Part shown: positions 30,832 to 44,226 of the stretch, one piece after another
How the letters are laid out: each line of letters opens with the position of its first letter
Position numbering within the stretch: the first letter of the stretch is position 1
DNA from: Escherichia coli
Lineage (GTDB): Bacteria; Pseudomonadota; Gammaproteobacteria; Enterobacterales; Enterobacteriaceae
Assembly (NCBI RefSeq): GCF_003018255.1
Contig: NZ_CP027440.1
Length of the DNA: 64,000 nucleotides
Direction: 5' to 3' (one strand)
Notes under the pieces: generated by a model
Databases searched by the model: none
The model's input: the letters and a program-made list of their open reading frames with translations, nothing else
Told to the model about the DNA's origin: nothing
Position numbers and translations under genes: made by a program

Positions 30832-32091
30832 ATGTTTACATCAGTGGCGCAAGCCAATGCTGCGGTTATCGAACAAATTCGTCGCGCTCGTCCACACTGG
30901 CTGGATGTGCAACCGGCTTCTTCACTTATCAGCGAACTAAACGAGGGCAAAACACTGCTTCACGCCGGGCCGCCAATGCGCTGGCAGGAGATGACCGGAC
31001 CCATGAAAGGGGCATGTGTGGGCGCATGTCTGTTTGAAGGCTGGGCGAAAGATGAAGCGCAGGCGCTGGCAATGCTGGATCAGGGGGAAGTGAACTTCAT
31101 TCCTTGTCACCATGTGAATGCCGTCGGGCCAATGGGCGGCATTACTTCTGCCAGTATGCCGATGCTGGTGGTCGAGAACGTGACCGACGGCAACCGGGCG
31201 TACTGCAACCTCAACGAAGGTATCGGCAAAGTGATGCGTTTTGGCGCTTACGGCGAAGATGTTCTGACTCGCCATCGCTGGATGCGCGATGTGTTAATGC
31301 CAGTATTAAGCGCGGCGCTGGGGCGCATGGAGCGCGGTATCGATCTCACCGCGATGATGGCGCAGGGCATTACCATGGGCGATGAGTTCCATCAACGCAA
31401 TATTGCTTCCTCAGCACTGTTAATGCGTGCGCTGGCCCCACACATTGCTCGCCTCGATCATGATAAACAGCACATCGCGGAAGTGATGGATTTCCTCAGC
31501 GTGACCGATCAGTTCTTCCTTAACCTCGCGATGGCTTACTGCAAGGCGGCGATGGATGCTGGTGCGATGATCCGCGCAGGCAGCATCGTCACGGCTATGA
31601 CCCGCAACGGCAATATGTTCGGGATTCGGGTAAGCGGGCTGGGCGAACGCTGGTTTACTGCGCCTGTAAACACTCCCCAAGGGCTGTTTTTCACCGGCTT
31701 CTCGCAGGAGCAGGCGAACCCGGATATGGGCGATAGCGCAATTACCGAAACCTTTGGTATTGGCGGTGCGGCGATGATCGCAGCGCCTGGCGTAACGCGC
31801 TTTGTCGGTGCGGGTGGCATGGAAGCGGCCAGAGCGGTATCTGAAGAGATGGCGGAAATCTTCCTTGAACGCAATATGCAGTTGCAGATCCCCGGCTGGG
31901 ATTTCCAGGGCGCGTGCCTGGGGCTGGATATTCGTCGCGTGGTAGAAACCGGCATTACGCCGCTCATCAATACCGGAATCGCCCATAAAGAGGCGGGGAT
32001 CGGGCAGATTGGCGCAGGCACCGTGCGGGCACCGCTGGCGTGCTTTGAGCAGGCGCTGGAAGCACTGGCTGAAAGCATGGGGATTGGTTGA
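30832..32091 (+). CDS. ylbE: DUF1116-family protein YlbE
   Basis: 419-aa ORF; synteny. Confidence 0.8.
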   Translation: MFTSVAQANAAVIEQIRRARPHWLDVQPASSLISELNEGKTLLHAGPPMRWQEMTGPMKGACVGACLFEGWAKDEAQALAMLDQGEVNFIPCHHVNAVGPMGGITSASMPMLVVENVTDGNRAYCNLNEGIGKVMRFGAYGEDVLTRHRWMRDVLMPVLSAALGRMERGIDLTAMMAQGITMGDEFHQRNIASSALLMRALAPHIARLDHDKQHIAEVMDFLSVTDQFFLNLAMAYCKAAMDAGAMIRAGSIVTAMTRNGNMFGIRVSGLGERWFTAPVNTPQGLFFTGFSQEQANPDMGDSAITETFGIGGAAMIAAPGVTRFVGAGGMEAARAVSEEMAEIFLERNMQLQIPGWDFQGACLGLDIRRVVETGITPLINTGIAHKEAGIGQIGAGTVRAPLACFEQALEALAESMGIG

Positions 32092-32101
32092 GGAACGCAC
32101 A

Positions 32102-32917
32102 ATGACGATCATCCATCCTCTGCTTGCCAGTAGTAGCGCACCGAATTATCGCCAGTCCTGGCGGTTAGCGGGAGTGTGGCGGCGGGCGATTAACCTGATG
32201 ACGGAAAGCGGCGAACTGTTAACGCTGCATCGTCAGGGTAGTGGTTTCGGCCCCGGAGGATGGGTGCTTCGCCGCGCGCAATTCGATGCGTTATGCGGTG
32301 GATTATGCGGCAATGAACGACCACAGGTTATGGCTCAAGGGATTCGCCTCGGACGTTTCACGGTTAAACAGCCACAGCGTTATTGTTTGCTGCGTATTAC
32401 GCCGCCTGCGCATCCTCAACCGCTTGCAGCTGCATGGATGCAACGCGCGGAGGAAACCGGGCTTTTCGGGCCACTGGCGTTGGCGGCAGGCGATCCGCTT
32501 CCTGCTGAATTACGCCAGTTTCGTCACTGTTTTCAGGCCGCGCTCAATGGCGTTAAGACCGACTGGCGGCACTGGCTGGGTAAAGGCCCAGGATTAACGC
32601 CAAGTCATGATGACACGCTGAGCGGAATGCTGCTGGCGGCCTGGTATTATGGCGCTTTAGATGCGCGCTCCGGTCGCCCGTTTTTTGCCTGTTCCGACAA
32701 TCTTCAACTCGTTACCACAGCGGTGAGCGTCAGTTATTTACGTTATGCCGCGCAAGGATACTTCGCCTCGCCACTCCTGCACTTTATTCATGCTCTGAGT
32801 TGCCCGAAACGTACCGCTGTTGCGATTGATTCGCTGCTGGCGCTGGGGCATACGTCAGGGGCAGATACGCTGCTGGGGTTCTGGCTTGGCCAACAATTAT
32901 TACAAGGAAAATCATGA
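32102..32917 (+). CDS. ylbF: DUF2877-family protein YlbF
   Basis: ORF 32009-32917 trimmed to ATG 32102 ([11 protein letters not shown]), 271 aa. Confidence 0.7.
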   Translation: MTIIHPLLASSSAPNYRQSWRLAGVWRRAINLMTESGELLTLHRQGSGFGPGGWVLRRAQFDALCGGLCGNERPQVMAQGIRLGRFTVKQPQRYCLLRITPPAHPQPLAAAWMQRAEETGLFGPLALAAGDPLPAELRQFRHCFQAALNGVKTDWRHWLGKGPGLTPSHDDTLSGMLLAAWYYGALDARSGRPFFACSDNLQLVTTAVSVSYLRYAAQGYFASPLLHFIHALSCPKRTAVAIDSLLALGHTSGADTLLGFWLGQQLLQGKS

Positions 32918-33807
32918 AAACACTGGTTGTGGCTCTTGGGGGCAACGCCTTACTCCAGCGCGGTGAGGCGCTGACGGCAGAAAATCAATATCGCAACATT
33001 GCCAGTGCTGTACCCGCACTGGCGCGCCTGGCCCGTTCTTATCGGCTGGCGATTGTTCACGGCAACGGGCCGCAGGTGGGGCTGCTGGCGTTACAGAATC
33101 TGGCGTGGAAAGAGGTAGAACCGTATCCGCTGGATGTGCTGGTGGCGGAAAGCCAGGGGATGATTGGCTATATGCTGGCGCAGAGCTTGAGCGCACAGCC
33201 GCAGATGCCGCCTGTCACGACAGTGCTGACGCGCATTGAAGTTTCGCCTGATGATCCGGCGTTTTTGCAGCCAGAGAAGTTTATCGGTCCGGTTTATCAG
33301 CCAGAAGAACAAGAGGCACTGGAAGCGGCTTATGGCTGGCAGATGAAACGTGATGGTAAATATTTACGCCGGGTGGTGGCGTCTCCGCAACCGCGTAAAA
33401 TTCTCGACAGCGAAGCCATCGAGTTGTTGCTCAAAGAGGGGCATGTGGTGATTTGCAGTGGCGGCGGCGGTGTGCCTGTGACGAAAGACGGGGCAGGGAG
33501 TGAAGCGGTAATTGATAAAGATCTCGCCGCTGCGTTGCTCGCCGAGCAGATTAATGCCGATGGACTGGTGATCCTCACCGATGCTGATGCGGTATATGAA
33601 AACTGGGGAACGCCGCAGCAACGTGCCATTCGCCATGCCACACCGGATGAGTTAGCGCCATTTGCCAAAGCCGATGGTTCGATGGGGCCGAAGGTGACTG
33701 CGGTGAGTGGCTATGTCAGAAGCCGTGGCAAACCCGCGTGGATTGGGGCGTTATCGCGGATTGAAGAGACGCTGGCGGGCGAAGCGGGGACTTGTATTTC
33801 GCTGTAG
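32914..33807 (+). CDS. ybcF: Carbamate kinase-like protein
   Basis: 297 aa, amino-acid kinase fold ([14 protein letters not shown]...). Confidence 0.85.
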   Translation: MKTLVVALGGNALLQRGEALTAENQYRNIASAVPALARLARSYRLAIVHGNGPQVGLLALQNLAWKEVEPYPLDVLVAESQGMIGYMLAQSLSAQPQMPPVTTVLTRIEVSPDDPAFLQPEKFIGPVYQPEEQEALEAAYGWQMKRDGKYLRRVVASPQPRKILDSEAIELLLKEGHVVICSGGGGVPVTKDGAGSEAVIDKDLAAALLAEQINADGLVILTDADAVYENWGTPQQRAIRHATPDELAPFAKADGSMGPKVTAVSGYVRSRGKPAWIGALSRIEETLAGEAGTCISL

Positions 33808-33836
33808 TGATGGGCACCAGGCAATTGGCACATCCA

Positions 33837-34325
<489 letters not shown>

Positions 34326-34339
34326 AAAATGAGCATCAA

Positions 34340-35407
34340 TTAACTGAACTTGCTCTGCGCCCACATCACGCCGCTGGCATACTCTGGCGGCAGCAGCGGG
34401 ATTAAGGCTTCCAGCGTCGCGGTCAGACGCGATGTGTCGCTGTCGGTCAAATTCAGATGCCCCACTTTACGCCCCGGACGGACTTCTTTGTCGTACCAGT
34501 GCAGATGCACCAGCGGCAGTTTCAGCCAGTCATAATTCACATCGCTACCAATCAGGTTGATCATCACCGACGGACTATTCACTACCGGTTGCGGTAACGG
34601 CAGATCGGTAATCGCCCGCAGATGCAGCTCAAACTGGCTGATGCTGGCACCGTTTTGTGTCCAGTGACCGCTGTTATGCACACGCGGAGCCAGTTCGTTG
34701 ATCAGCAGACCTTGCGGGGTGACAAAACACTCCATTGCCATCACGCCTACATAGCCCAGCTCCTGCATAATCGCCGACAGCATCTCTTCGGCTTGCGCTT
34801 GCTGCTGCGCATTGGCCTGCGGGAAAGCGACGCTGGTGCGCAAAATACCGTCCTGATGCAGGTTATGCGTCAGCGGATAAAACACGGTGCTGCCATCAAA
34901 ACCGCGCGCGCCAACCAGCGACACTTCACCAGAGAAGTTAATGCCCTGCTCGACAATACATTCGCCGTAACACTCTGCCGGTAACTGTTCGGTTTCATTT
35001 GCGCGTAAACGCCATTGACCGCGACCGTCATAGCCACCAGTGCGACGCTTAACAATCGCCAGTTCACCTAAACGATCAAACACCGCAGGCCACTCGCTGC
35101 GATCGGCAAGTAACTGCCACGGCGCGGTCGGCAGGTGGAGCTTATCGAAAAGCTGCTTCTGAGTCAGACGGTCGGCAATAATCGGGAACACATCGCGGTT
35201 CACAAAGGCCGGATGGCGCGCCAGCTCGCGGGTTAATGCGGTTTCCGGCCAGCGTTCGATCTCAGCGGTAATCACACTTTGTTGAACAGGCACCGCCGCC
35301 GGTTCAGCGTCCAGCCCGACCGGCCAGACAGCAATGCCTAACGGTTCGCCTGCCTGACGCAGCATACGGCCTAACTGCCCGTTACCGAGGACGCAAACCT
35401 GTTTCAT
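34340..35407 (-). CDS. purK: N5-carboxyaminoimidazole ribonucleotide synthase
   Basis: 355-aa ATP-grasp ORF overlapping the purE stop. Confidence 0.9.
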   Translation of the reverse strand: MKQVCVLGNGQLGRMLRQAGEPLGIAVWPVGLDAEPAAVPVQQSVITAEIERWPETALTRELARHPAFVNRDVFPIIADRLTQKQLFDKLHLPTAPWQLLADRSEWPAVFDRLGELAIVKRRTGGYDGRGQWRLRANETEQLPAECYGECIVEQGINFSGEVSLVGARGFDGSTVFYPLTHNLHQDGILRTSVAFPQANAQQQAQAEEMLSAIMQELGYVGVMAMECFVTPQGLLINELAPRVHNSGHWTQNGASISQFELHLRAITDLPLPQPVVNSPSVMINLIGSDVNYDWLKLPLVHLHWYDKEVRPGRKVGHLNLTDSDTSRLTATLEALIPLLPPEYASGVMWAQSKFS

Positions 35408-35913
35408 GCCGCACCTCGCGGGTCCGGGTTTTCCAGCACTTCGTCGGTCTGGGCTTTGCGCCAGTCATTCAGACGCTGGTGCAGTTCTTTATCATGAGTC
35501 GCAAGAATTTGTGCTGCCAGTAACGCCGCGTTTGCCGCGCCAGCTTTACCAATCGCCAGCGTACCCACCGGAATGCCGCGCGGCATTTGTACGATGGAGT
35601 AGAGGCTATCGACACCGCTCAGTGCGGCGCTCTGTACTGGCACGCCCAGCACTGGCACCAGCGTTTTGGCGGCAATCATGCCTGGCAGGTGCGCTGCGCC
35701 GCCTGCGCCCGCAATAATCACCTGATAACCGTTCTCTTCGGCACTTTCGGCGAAGCTGAACAGTTTATCGGGGGTGCGGTGAGCAGAAACCACTTCAACG
35801 TGGTGTGGGACATTCAGGATTTCGAAGATTTCGGCGGCGAACTGCATGGTAGCCCAGTCGCTTTTGGACCCCATCACGATGGCGACACGCGCCGGATTAT
35901 TGCGGGAAGACAT
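35404..35913 (-). CDS. purE: N5-CAIR mutase
   Basis: ORF 35404-35940 trimmed to [19 protein letters not shown] (169 aa). Confidence 0.9.
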   Translation of the reverse strand: MSSRNNPARVAIVMGSKSDWATMQFAAEIFEILNVPHHVEVVSAHRTPDKLFSFAESAEENGYQVIIAGAGGAAHLPGMIAAKTLVPVLGVPVQSAALSGVDSLYSIVQMPRGIPVGTLAIGKAGAANAALLAAQILATHDKELHQRLNDWRKAQTDEVLENPDPRGAA

Positions 35914-36030
35914 GCGTCTTAAAACTCCTGTGGTGCACAACTCTCGGCTTTAGAGGGCACAGAGAATAGCACGGAAAGAGAGCAAGGAAAACGGTTGCGC
36001 GGTTATGAAATCAGCAAAGTTGCGCGTTTT

Positions 36031-36753
36031 TTAAAATGGAAAATGGATCAACTCAACGTCATCCGCCGTGACTTTCACCATCGAACCTTCAGTATGCCAG
36101 GCACCCAGCACGACGCGGAAAGCAGGTTGCTGATTGGCGATAAGTTCATGTACTGCCGGGCGATGGGTATGCCCGTGAATCAGCCATTGCACCTGATGTT
36201 TTTCCATCGCACTGACCACCGCGTTTTGGTTAACGTCCATGATCGCCAGCGATTTACTGCTGTTGGCTTCTTTGCTGTTCGCGCGCATTCGCGCGGCAAT
36301 GCGTTTGCGCACAAACAACGGCAGGGCGAGGAATAGCGTTTGCAGCCAGGGTTTGTGGACTTTGGCGCGAAAAGCCTGATAACCGGCGTCATCGGTGCAC
36401 AGCGTGTCGCCATGCATAATCAACACCCGGCGACCATAAAGTTCGAGCACCTTTTCTTCCGGCAATAACGTCATGCCGCTTTCACGGGCAAAGCGTTTGC
36501 CGAGCAGAAAATCACGGTTGCCATGAATGAAATAACAGGGAACGCCGGAATCGGACACCGCTTTGATCGCTGCCGCCATCTGGCGATGGAGTGGGTTGGG
36601 ATCGTCGTCGCCAATCCATGCTTCAAACAGATCGCCAAGAATATACAGCGCGTCGGCCTTGCGGGCTTCCCCCGCTAAAAAACGCAGAAAACCGGCGGTG
36701 ATCGCCGGTTCTTCCGCGCAGAGATGAAGATCTGCAATAAAGAGTGTCGCCAC
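36031..36753 (-). CDS. lpxH: UDP-2,3-diacylglucosamine pyrophosphatase
   Basis: 240 aa, calcineurin-like phosphoesterase motifs ([11 protein letters not shown]...GNRD). Confidence 0.9.
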   Translation of the reverse strand: MATLFIADLHLCAEEPAITAGFLRFLAGEARKADALYILGDLFEAWIGDDDPNPLHRQMAAAIKAVSDSGVPCYFIHGNRDFLLGKRFARESGMTLLPEEKVLELYGRRVLIMHGDTLCTDDAGYQAFRAKVHKPWLQTLFLALPLFVRKRIAARMRANSKEANSSKSLAIMDVNQNAVVSAMEKHQVQWLIHGHTHRPAVHELIANQQPAFRVVLGAWHTEGSMVKVTADDVELIHFPF

Positions 36754-36755
36754 GA

Positions 36756-37250
36756 TTACTCGCTAACGGTCACGCTTTCAATGATAACGTCTTCTTTTGG
36801 CACGTCCTGGTGCATACCGCTACGACCGGTTGCAACACCTTTGATTTTGTCTACCACGTCCATGCCTTCAACCACTTCAGCAAACACGCAGTAACCCCAA
36901 CCTTGCAGGCTTTCGCCAGAGAAGTTCAGGAAGTCGTTATCAACCACGTTGATGAAGAACTGTGCAGTTGCAGAGTGCGGTGCCTGAGTACGGGCCATTG
37001 CCAGTGTACCACGGGTATTTTTCAGACCGTTGTTAGCTTCGTTTTTGATCGGGTCTTTGGTGGTTTTTTGCTTCATGCCCGGCTCAAAACCGCCGCCCTG
37101 AATCATAAAGCCGTTGATTACACGGTGGAAAATGGTGTTGTTGTAAAAACCTTCGCGGCAGTAGTCCAGGAAGTTTTTAACTGTTTCAGGTGCTTTATCG
37201 TCAAAAGTTTTGATGACAATATCGCCGTGATTGGTGTGGAAAGTAACCAT
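36756..37250 (-). CDS. ppiB: Peptidyl-prolyl cis-trans isomerase B (cyclophilin)
   Basis: 164-aa cyclophilin ORF. Confidence 0.9.
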   Translation of the reverse strand: MVTFHTNHGDIVIKTFDDKAPETVKNFLDYCREGFYNNTIFHRVINGFMIQGGGFEPGMKQKTTKDPIKNEANNGLKNTRGTLAMARTQAPHSATAQFFINVVDNDFLNFSGESLQGWGYCVFAEVVEGMDVVDKIKGVATGRSGMHQDVPKEDVIIESVTVSE

Positions 37251-37423
37251 TTTTGCATCCTGTTCCGTTTGATTGGTGCTTCAACCCGGTTCGGGTCATA
37301 TATAGGGTGGTGTTATAGCATAACCGCACGATCGGATCATCACGCAATGTATGCTGATTCGCGCGGGAAATATGGGTATTATACGCAACTCAATTACCCA
37401 CACATGTCTAAACGGAATCTTCG

Positions 37424-38809
37424 ATGCTAAAAATCTTCAATACTCTGACACGCCAAAAAGAGGAATTTAAGCCTATTCACGCCGGGGAAGTCGGCATGTA
37501 CGTGTGTGGAATCACCGTTTACGATCTCTGTCATATCGGTCACGGGCGTACCTTTGTTGCTTTTGACGTGGTTGCGCGCTATCTGCGTTTCCTCGGCTAT
37601 AAGCTGAAGTATGTGCGCAACATTACCGATATCGACGACAAAATCATCAAACGCGCCAATGAAAATGGCGAAAGCTTTGTAGCGCTGGTGGATCGCATGA
37701 TCGCCGAAATGCACAAAGATTTTGATGCTTTGAATATTCTGCGCCCGGATATGGAGCCGCGCGCGACGCACCATATCGCAGAAATTATTGAACTCACTGA
37801 ACAACTGATCGCCAAAGGTCACGCGTATGTGGCGGACAACGGCGACGTGATGTTCGACGTACCGACCGATCCGACTTATGGCGTGCTGTCGCGTCAGGAT
37901 CTCGACCAGTTGCAGGCAGGCGCGCGCGTTGACGTAGTCGATGACAAACGCAACCCAATGGATTTCGTTCTGTGGAAGATGTCGAAAGAGGGCGAACCGA
38001 GCTGGCCGTCGCCGTGGGGCGCGGGCCGTCCAGGCTGGCACATTGAATGTTCGGCAATGAACTGCAAGCAGCTGGGTAACCACTTTGATATCCACGGCGG
38101 CGGTTCAGACCTGATGTTCCCGCACCACGAGAACGAAATCGCGCAGTCCACCTGTGCCCATGATGGTCAGTATGTGAACTACTGGATGCACTCGGGGATG
38201 GTGATGGTTGACCGCGAGAAGATGTCCAAATCGCTGGGTAACTTCTTTACCGTGCGCGATGTGCTGAAATACTACGACGCGGAAACCGTGCGTTACTTCC
38301 TGATGTCAGGCCACTATCGCAGCCAGCTGAACTACAGCGAAGAGAACCTGAAGCAGGCACGCGCGGCGCTGGAGCGTCTCTACACTGCGCTGCGTGGCAC
38401 AGATAAAACCGTTGCGCCTGCCGGTGGCGAAGCGTTTGAAGCGCGCTTTATTGAAGCGATGGACGACGATTTCAACACCCCGGAAGCCTATTCCGTGCTG
38501 TTTGATATGGCGCGTGAAGTGAACCGTCTGAAAGCAGAAGATATGGCAGCGGCGAATGCAATGGCATCTCACCTGCGTAAACTTTCCGCTGTATTGGGCC
38601 TGCTGGAGCAAGAACCGGAAGCGTTCCTGCAAAGCGGTGCGCAGGCAGACGACAGCGAAGTGGCTGAGATTGAAGCGTTAATTCAACAGCGTCTGGATGC
38701 CCGTAAAGCGAAAGACTGGGCGGCGGCAGATGCGGCGCGTGACCGTCTTAACGAGATGGGGATCGTGCTGGAAGATGGCCCGCAAGGGACCACCTGGCGT
38801 CGTAAGTAA
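37424..38809 (+). CDS. cysS: Cysteinyl-tRNA synthetase
   Basis: 461 aa with class I HIGH (CHIGHGRT) and KMSKS motifs. Confidence 0.95.
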
Positions 38810-38844
38810 TTGCGCTATTGCCGGATGCGAGTTTTCGCATCCGG

Positions 38845-39366
38845 TTATCGTCTGCGCCACCACAACATTCCCATCAGTAGCATCCCCGGCAACCACACCC
38901 ACATCAATTCAGAAATAATCACCTGATGCCCGTACGGCGTGGTGTAACGAGACAATGCAAACGGCGCGACTTTAATCACCTGCCAGGGAGCGAAAAAGCG
39001 TTCATCTGACCACGGCCACAGCCAGCCAACGCCTTTACCGCCAGTGGTTACCGAATCCAGCAAGCTGTGCGATAGCAACGAGACGGTTAAAAACAGCCAG
39101 CAGCGAATCAGCCCAGCCCTGAACCATCGACGTCCAATCAGCACACATAACAGCGGGACAACAAACGCAAACACCAGCGAATGGGTAAACCCGCGATGAC
39201 CAAAAACATTGCCGTAAGCAAAGCCAAATTTAAACGACAATACGTCGGCATCAGGCAGCATCGCCAGGACGATTCCGGCAAATAACAGGCGCGGAGGGAT
39301 GACTTTCGAACCCAACCCTAAACCAATGCAAAGGGGAACGGCGGCGTGCGTAATAACGGTTGGCAT
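38845..39366 (-). CDS. ybcI: Inner-membrane metal-dependent hydrolase-like protein
   Basis: 173-aa hydrophobic ORF; synteny. Confidence 0.8.
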   Translation of the reverse strand: MPTVITHAAVPLCIGLGLGSKVIPPRLLFAGIVLAMLPDADVLSFKFGFAYGNVFGHRGFTHSLVFAFVVPLLCVLIGRRWFRAGLIRCWLFLTVSLLSHSLLDSVTTGGKGVGWLWPWSDERFFAPWQVIKVAPFALSRYTTPYGHQVIISELMWVWLPGMLLMGMLWWRRR

Positions 39367-39473
39367 GATGGTCGCTTCGGCAAAATGTCGATGCTATCAG
39401 CATGGATGAACGGGGCGTAGAGGGCAACAGTCTGAAAAGAGAACCGGCCTGTTGTTACAGGCCGGGAAAGGGA

Positions 39474-39686
39474 TCAGGCAACAACCTGTACGCTGTGACC
39501 TGCAAAACTCACTGTCTGCCCGGCGACGATTTTGCAGCGTTTGCGCGTTTCAACCGCACCGTCGACTTTCACCTGGCCTTCGGCAATCGCGATTTTCGCC
39601 TGCGCGCCGCTTTCGCTCCAGCCTTCCAGTTTCAGCAAGTCGCACAGCTCAACGTGCGGATGTTTACCTAAAGAAAATGTCGCCAT
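39474..39686 (-). CDS. ybcJ: S4-domain RNA-binding protein
   Basis: ORF 39474-39740 trimmed to MATFSLGKHPHVELCDLLK (70 aa). Confidence 0.8.
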   Translation of the reverse strand: MATFSLGKHPHVELCDLLKLEGWSESGAQAKIAIAEGQVKVDGAVETRKRCKIVAGQTVSFAGHSVQVVA

Positions 39687-39687
39687 G

Positions 39688-40554
39688 TTACTCACCCTGT
39701 GGATCATGATATTCAACGCACGCCTGTAGCGTGTTTTCAATCAGCGTGGCAACCGTCATCGGGCCAACGCCGCCCGGAACAGGCGTAATGTATGAGGCGC
39801 GTTTAGCCGCGTCTTCAAACACGACGTCGCCCACAACTTTGCCATTTTCCAGACGGTTGATGCCGACATCAATCACAATTGCGCCTTCTTTGATCCAGTC
39901 ACCAGGAATAAAGCCCGGCTTGCCGACGGCAACGATCAGTAGATCGGCATTTTCTACGTGGTGACGCAGATTTTTAGTGAAACGGTGAGTCACGGTGGTG
40001 GTGCAACCTGCCAGTAGCAGTTCCATGCTCATCGGGCGGCCAACGATATTCGATGCGCCAATCACCACGGCGTTGAGGCCGAAGGTATCAATGTTGTAAC
40101 GCTCAAGCAGCGTGACAATACCGCGCGGGGTGCAGGGACGCAGACGCGGCGCGCGCTGGCACAGGCGACCGACGTTATAAGGATGGAAACCGTCCACGTC
40201 TTTGTCCGGGTGTATACGTTCCAGCACTTTGACGTTATCAATACCCGCCGGTAACGGCAGTTGAACCAGAATGCCATCGATGGTGTTGTCGGCATTCAGC
40301 GCATCGATAAGCTCCAGCAGCTCCGCTTCGCTGGTGGTTTCCGGGAGGTCATAAGAGCGGGAGACGAACCCGACTTCTTCACAAGCCTTGCGTTTGCTTG
40401 CGACATAAATTTGCGATGCAGGGTTACTACCCACCAGCACAACGGCCAGTCCTGGTGCCCGCAGTCCGGCTGCAATACGCGCCTGAACTTTTTGAGCAAC
40501 TTCAGAGCGCACCTGCTGCGCAATCGTTTTACCGTCAATAATCTTTGCTGCCAT
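39688..40554 (-). CDS. folD: Bifunctional methylene-THF dehydrogenase / cyclohydrolase
   Basis: 288-aa ORF; FolD family. Confidence 0.9.
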
Positions 40555-40824
40555 CAGAGAGAGGATTCCATCTGTTACGTAGGTCGAAGGGGATGCGTCT
40601 ATTTTGTCAGAAGCGTGGCGCGCTGTCAGTTTTCGTTTTCTGAAAAGTAAAACCTTCTGTACCTGGCTGATTCACACCTATCATGATAACCGTCGTTGGT
40701 TTGCCGCCATAGTGAGCTACATCTGATGCGGTCGTACACTTGTTCAGCAACTGGTTCAAAAGCCATTGACTCAGCAAGGGTTGACCGTATAATTCACGCG
40801 ATTACAGCACACCGTGGTATCAAT

Positions 40825-40901
40825 GCGCCCTTAGCTCAGTTGGATAGAGCAACGACCTTCTAAGTCGTGGGCCGCAGGTTCGAATCCTGCAGGGCGCGCC
40901 A
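40825..40901 (+). tRNA. argU: tRNA-Arg (anticodon UCU)
   Basis: GCGCCCTTAGCTCAGTTGGATAGAGCAACGACCTTCTAAGTCGTGGGCCGCAGGTTCGAATCCTGCAGGGCGCGCCA; cloverleaf, UCU anticodon, encoded CCA. Confidence 0.9.
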
Positions 40902-40908
40902 TTAAAAT

Positions 40909-41536
40909 TCAATCAGTTACGCCTTCTTTATTTCTTCTATAATTCCAGAGTGGGACATTATCACCAAAAATGTCGTCTATTTTCCTCGCGTGCTCAGTCA
41001 AATGATTAGGCGCAAGGTGAGCATATCTACGAACCATTTCTCTGGACTCCCATCCGCCCATTTCCTGAAGCACTGATAATGGGACGCCTGACGGAATCAA
41101 CCAGCTTGCCCAGGTATGCCAGAGGTCATGGAAACGGAAATTTTCAATTCCTGCACGACGACAAGCTGATAGCCATGCTGTCTTGCTGTCAATGCGCATC
41201 TTCCTGAGCGCAGGCATTGATGTTCCATCTGCTCGCTTAGCCGCCCTGGTATGTACACCCACATTTGTGATGCTTGCCTGTTTGATCACGCAACACTTTA
41301 GAGGCGGTATCGTTCAGCGCCACACCAATGGCGCAGTTTGATTTGCTATCTTCTGGATTCACCCTGGCAACTTGTCGCTGCATGTCAATCTGTTGCCACT
41401 CCAGATTTATGATGTTCGACTTTCTCAGAACAGTTACCAGCGCAAATTTGACGACAGATTTCAGTGGTTCGGGGCTCTCATCAATCAGGCGTTTGGCCTG
41501 ATTCTTTTGTAAGTCTCTTGTGCCATTCCACCTCAT
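40909..41536 (-). pseudogene. Phage integrase, frameshifted and N-terminally truncated
   Basis: Two reading frames (40909-41289 with the catalytic HDLWHTWAS...RYAHL region; 41237-41536 with the middle region) read as one disrupted integrase oriented with its 3' end next to the tRNA. Confidence 0.7.
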
Positions 41537-41589
41537 ACAGGTTTGCCTGCAAACAGTACTGATATTGCCCAGATATTCCGGCTGGCTTC

Positions 41590-41865
41590 GTGGTTGTTTT
41601 CAACAGTGATGAGGCATCGTGGCATCTCGTTGAAGACCATCGGGGTAAAACGGTTTATGACGTGGCATCAGGGGACGCATTATTTATTTCTGAACTCGGT
41701 CCGTTACCGGAAAATGTCACCAGGTATCCCCGGCAGGGGAGTTTCAGAAGTGGAACGGCATATCATGGATAAAGGATACGGAGGAAGAAACCTCGTTGCT
41801 GGAAGCCTGGAAGATGTATCGGGTGTTGCTGAACCGAGTTGATACATCAACTGCCCCTGATATTT
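41590..41865 (+). pseudogene. Tail fibre assembly (Tfa) gene fragment, frameshifted
   Basis: [19 protein letters not shown]...GPLPENVT in one frame and ...[29 protein letters not shown] in another; typical Tfa N- and C-terminal segments. Confidence 0.5.
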
Positions 41866-41948
41866 AGTGGCCTGTGAACCCTGTCAGAGAGTAATCATTG
41901 GGATTATGCCGCAGAACGTCGTGCGCAAGAACGTGCTGCGGCTGGATG

Positions 41949-42617
41949 CTATTTTTTCCCTGAAGCGGAAAACATTACTACAGTACCTTTAACCTTGGTT
42001 TTAACATTCTCGAAATGCTCTGAGAGTATATGTGTTAAGCCTTCTTCGGAATCTTTTGTGTTTGAAAAGATGCCTTTCTGATTGTAAATGCGCATCAGTT
42101 TTTGACCGAAGCTATTGTGCACAACGCCGTCACCAAGAATTGTGGCTCCGTATAGAGTTCCATCGTCAGTTAAGGCCTGCGCCGCATTGCGTATTACACA
42201 GCTTTTTGTAGATATATTTCCAGGCAGGCAGTGAAGAAGGTAAAACATGGAAATGGAATCAAATTGACCATGTAACGCCGCGGGATAAGGATCAAAAACA
42301 TCATGGCTAATTTTATGTTTAATTTTTGATTCCCCAGCCCTTGTCGATGCCGCGTTCAGGCTAGCTTCGTTCAAATCCATTAAAGATATCAGACTACTCT
42401 CAGGTACGTGAGTAAGGTAAAACCCAGTTCCAACGCCAATATCCAGATGGTTGTTACCTAAATGTTCCAGAAAGTGTGGAAGAAGGTGTTCCTTTGTAGG
42501 ACATCCCCATGCAAGCCGATTTGATACACCCAAAACCCACCAGTCATAAAGCTTTAGGGTAAGTGGTGTGTAAATTTTAGCCCCATCATCTGTGTTTTTT
42601 TTCATTAGTTTCACCAT
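41949..42617 (-). CDS. Class I SAM-dependent methyltransferase
   Basis: 222 aa with SAM-binding motif LDIGVGTGFYL; intact reading frame. Confidence 0.7.
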   Translation of the reverse strand: MVKLMKKNTDDGAKIYTPLTLKLYDWWVLGVSNRLAWGCPTKEHLLPHFLEHLGNNHLDIGVGTGFYLTHVPESSLISLMDLNEASLNAASTRAGESKIKHKISHDVFDPYPAALHGQFDSISMFYLLHCLPGNISTKSCVIRNAAQALTDDGTLYGATILGDGVVHNSFGQKLMRIYNQKGIFSNTKDSEEGLTHILSEHFENVKTKVKGTVVMFSASGKK

Positions 42618-42848
42618 GTTATAGTTTTATTTGTGAATTAAATCAATTATAGCGATGAATTACAAGGGGTTAAATGATGCCACGGCATAACGAATTTGAA
42701 TATATTGAGTCTTGTGTTGCGGTAAGAGGTTACACGCCAGGACGCAGGTTAAATGCTTACAAGATTAGGGGATATTGTTTGCTTTTAACGGTAAACAAAT
42801 TCCCCGGGGCTATACAATACCACCGGGGAGAAAATCTATTTAACGTTG

Positions 42849-43802
42849 TTAAAAGGTGTACTTAAGACCAGCAGTAGTGATGAAGTTATAGTTTTCTATG
42901 CCTGCACCATTTTTGCTGTAGTCAGAAGTGTTATCATTGTGATCATAAAGTGAAGTATCACCTTTTTTATTCGTAACCCGATTCCATGCGCCTTCAATAT
43001 AAACTTTTGCATTAGGCGTTACGTAATAACCTGCATTGACTGCAACAGAATAGTAATTTTGGTCTTTGACTTTACTGCGATAAGTGATTCTTTTTCCTGG
43101 GTCATAGTGTTCATCGTTATCAGATGCTTCCACCCAGCCGCTGTATTTAAATGTGCCACCTAGCTCAAAATCTTCATAACGATAACTTCCAGTCAAGCCA
43201 ATGTAGGGCATTTTAAAACGTTGTTTGTAGCCGATTGCTCTTTCTCCATTCGGGAAGGAGCCGATATCATCTCTGAATCCCTCCTCAGAACTGTAGATAT
43301 AGGAACCACCTCTGGCTGTAAAGCTATAACGGCTTTCCTGATATCCGGCCATGAGTCCCAGGCGGTAATTGGGTTCGTTGAGGAACCAGCCTTTGATATT
43401 CAGATCAAATTCGTTGGCATAATTGAGTTGTGTATCAGGGTGTCTACTTTCATCCGTCCAGGTTCCGGGGTTACTGGAATCCATCCAGTCCTGATCGACC
43501 ATATTGCCACCTCGGCTGCCGAGTGTTGTCCAGCCAGCAGCCCCGATAGATATCTGGGGCATCAAATCCCAATTAATTGCACCTTTAATAATTGCAGCGT
43601 TATTGAATTTCCAGTCAAGTTGACTGACTTTTCGGCCTCCTTCTTCGGCTAGATAAACACGCTCTTTTGTTTTTCCGCTCAGAGTTCCAAGACTAATGTC
43701 CGCATTTATGTTGTCAGGAGTAAACGATAAAGTCTCGGTAGAAGCAAAAGAGCTGATCGCAATAGGGGTTGTCAGGACTATTCCCAGAAGTTTCGCCCGC
43801 AT
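42849..43802 (-). CDS. ompT: Outer-membrane protease (omptin)
   Basis: 317 aa with signal peptide and omptin beta-barrel sequence ending ...TAGLKYTF. Confidence 0.9.
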   Translation of the reverse strand: MRAKLLGIVLTTPIAISSFASTETLSFTPDNINADISLGTLSGKTKERVYLAEEGGRKVSQLDWKFNNAAIIKGAINWDLMPQISIGAAGWTTLGSRGGNMVDQDWMDSSNPGTWTDESRHPDTQLNYANEFDLNIKGWFLNEPNYRLGLMAGYQESRYSFTARGGSYIYSSEEGFRDDIGSFPNGERAIGYKQRFKMPYIGLTGSYRYEDFELGGTFKYSGWVEASDNDEHYDPGKRITYRSKVKDQNYYSVAVNAGYYVTPNAKVYIEGAWNRVTNKKGDTSLYDHNDNTSDYSKNGAGIENYNFITTAGLKYTF

Positions 43803-44226
43803 AAAAGGTCTCCATTCAATCGTTTTAATGATTGAGTATGTATTTTTTATATCTAACTTAATGAGTCAATTGTATATTGCCCCACTGTTTATATTTTGTT
43901 TAACATTGAATTTTTGTCACAATGCACTGTCAGTTTTTTAGTTTAATTGTCTGTTTGTGTTTTGCATTGTGGTTTTATGGGCTAATTATTTTTTTCTTTG
44001 TGGAGTTTTTATCTATTCAAGTACCATGCCTTTAGATGCATATTAGCGATAATAGCATGAGGTTTATCCTCAATTGCTGTGTTTTTTAGTATAAAAAAGA
44101 GGAACAAAACTGAGACACATAAGGCCTCGCAATGGCTTGCAAGGTTTTACATATTTTGAGGTGGTGGAACGTGTGAACGCAGAGATGGCGCGGTAATTTG
44201 TTGATTTAAAATGTCGTTCCTGGAGT

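Noticed and set aside
31420-32112. 230-aa and 188-aa minus-strand ORFs
   Set aside because: Antisense to ylbE and the ylbF start; GC-rich shadow frames
36744-37430. 228-aa plus-strand ORF
   Set aside because: Antisense to ppiB; shadow frame
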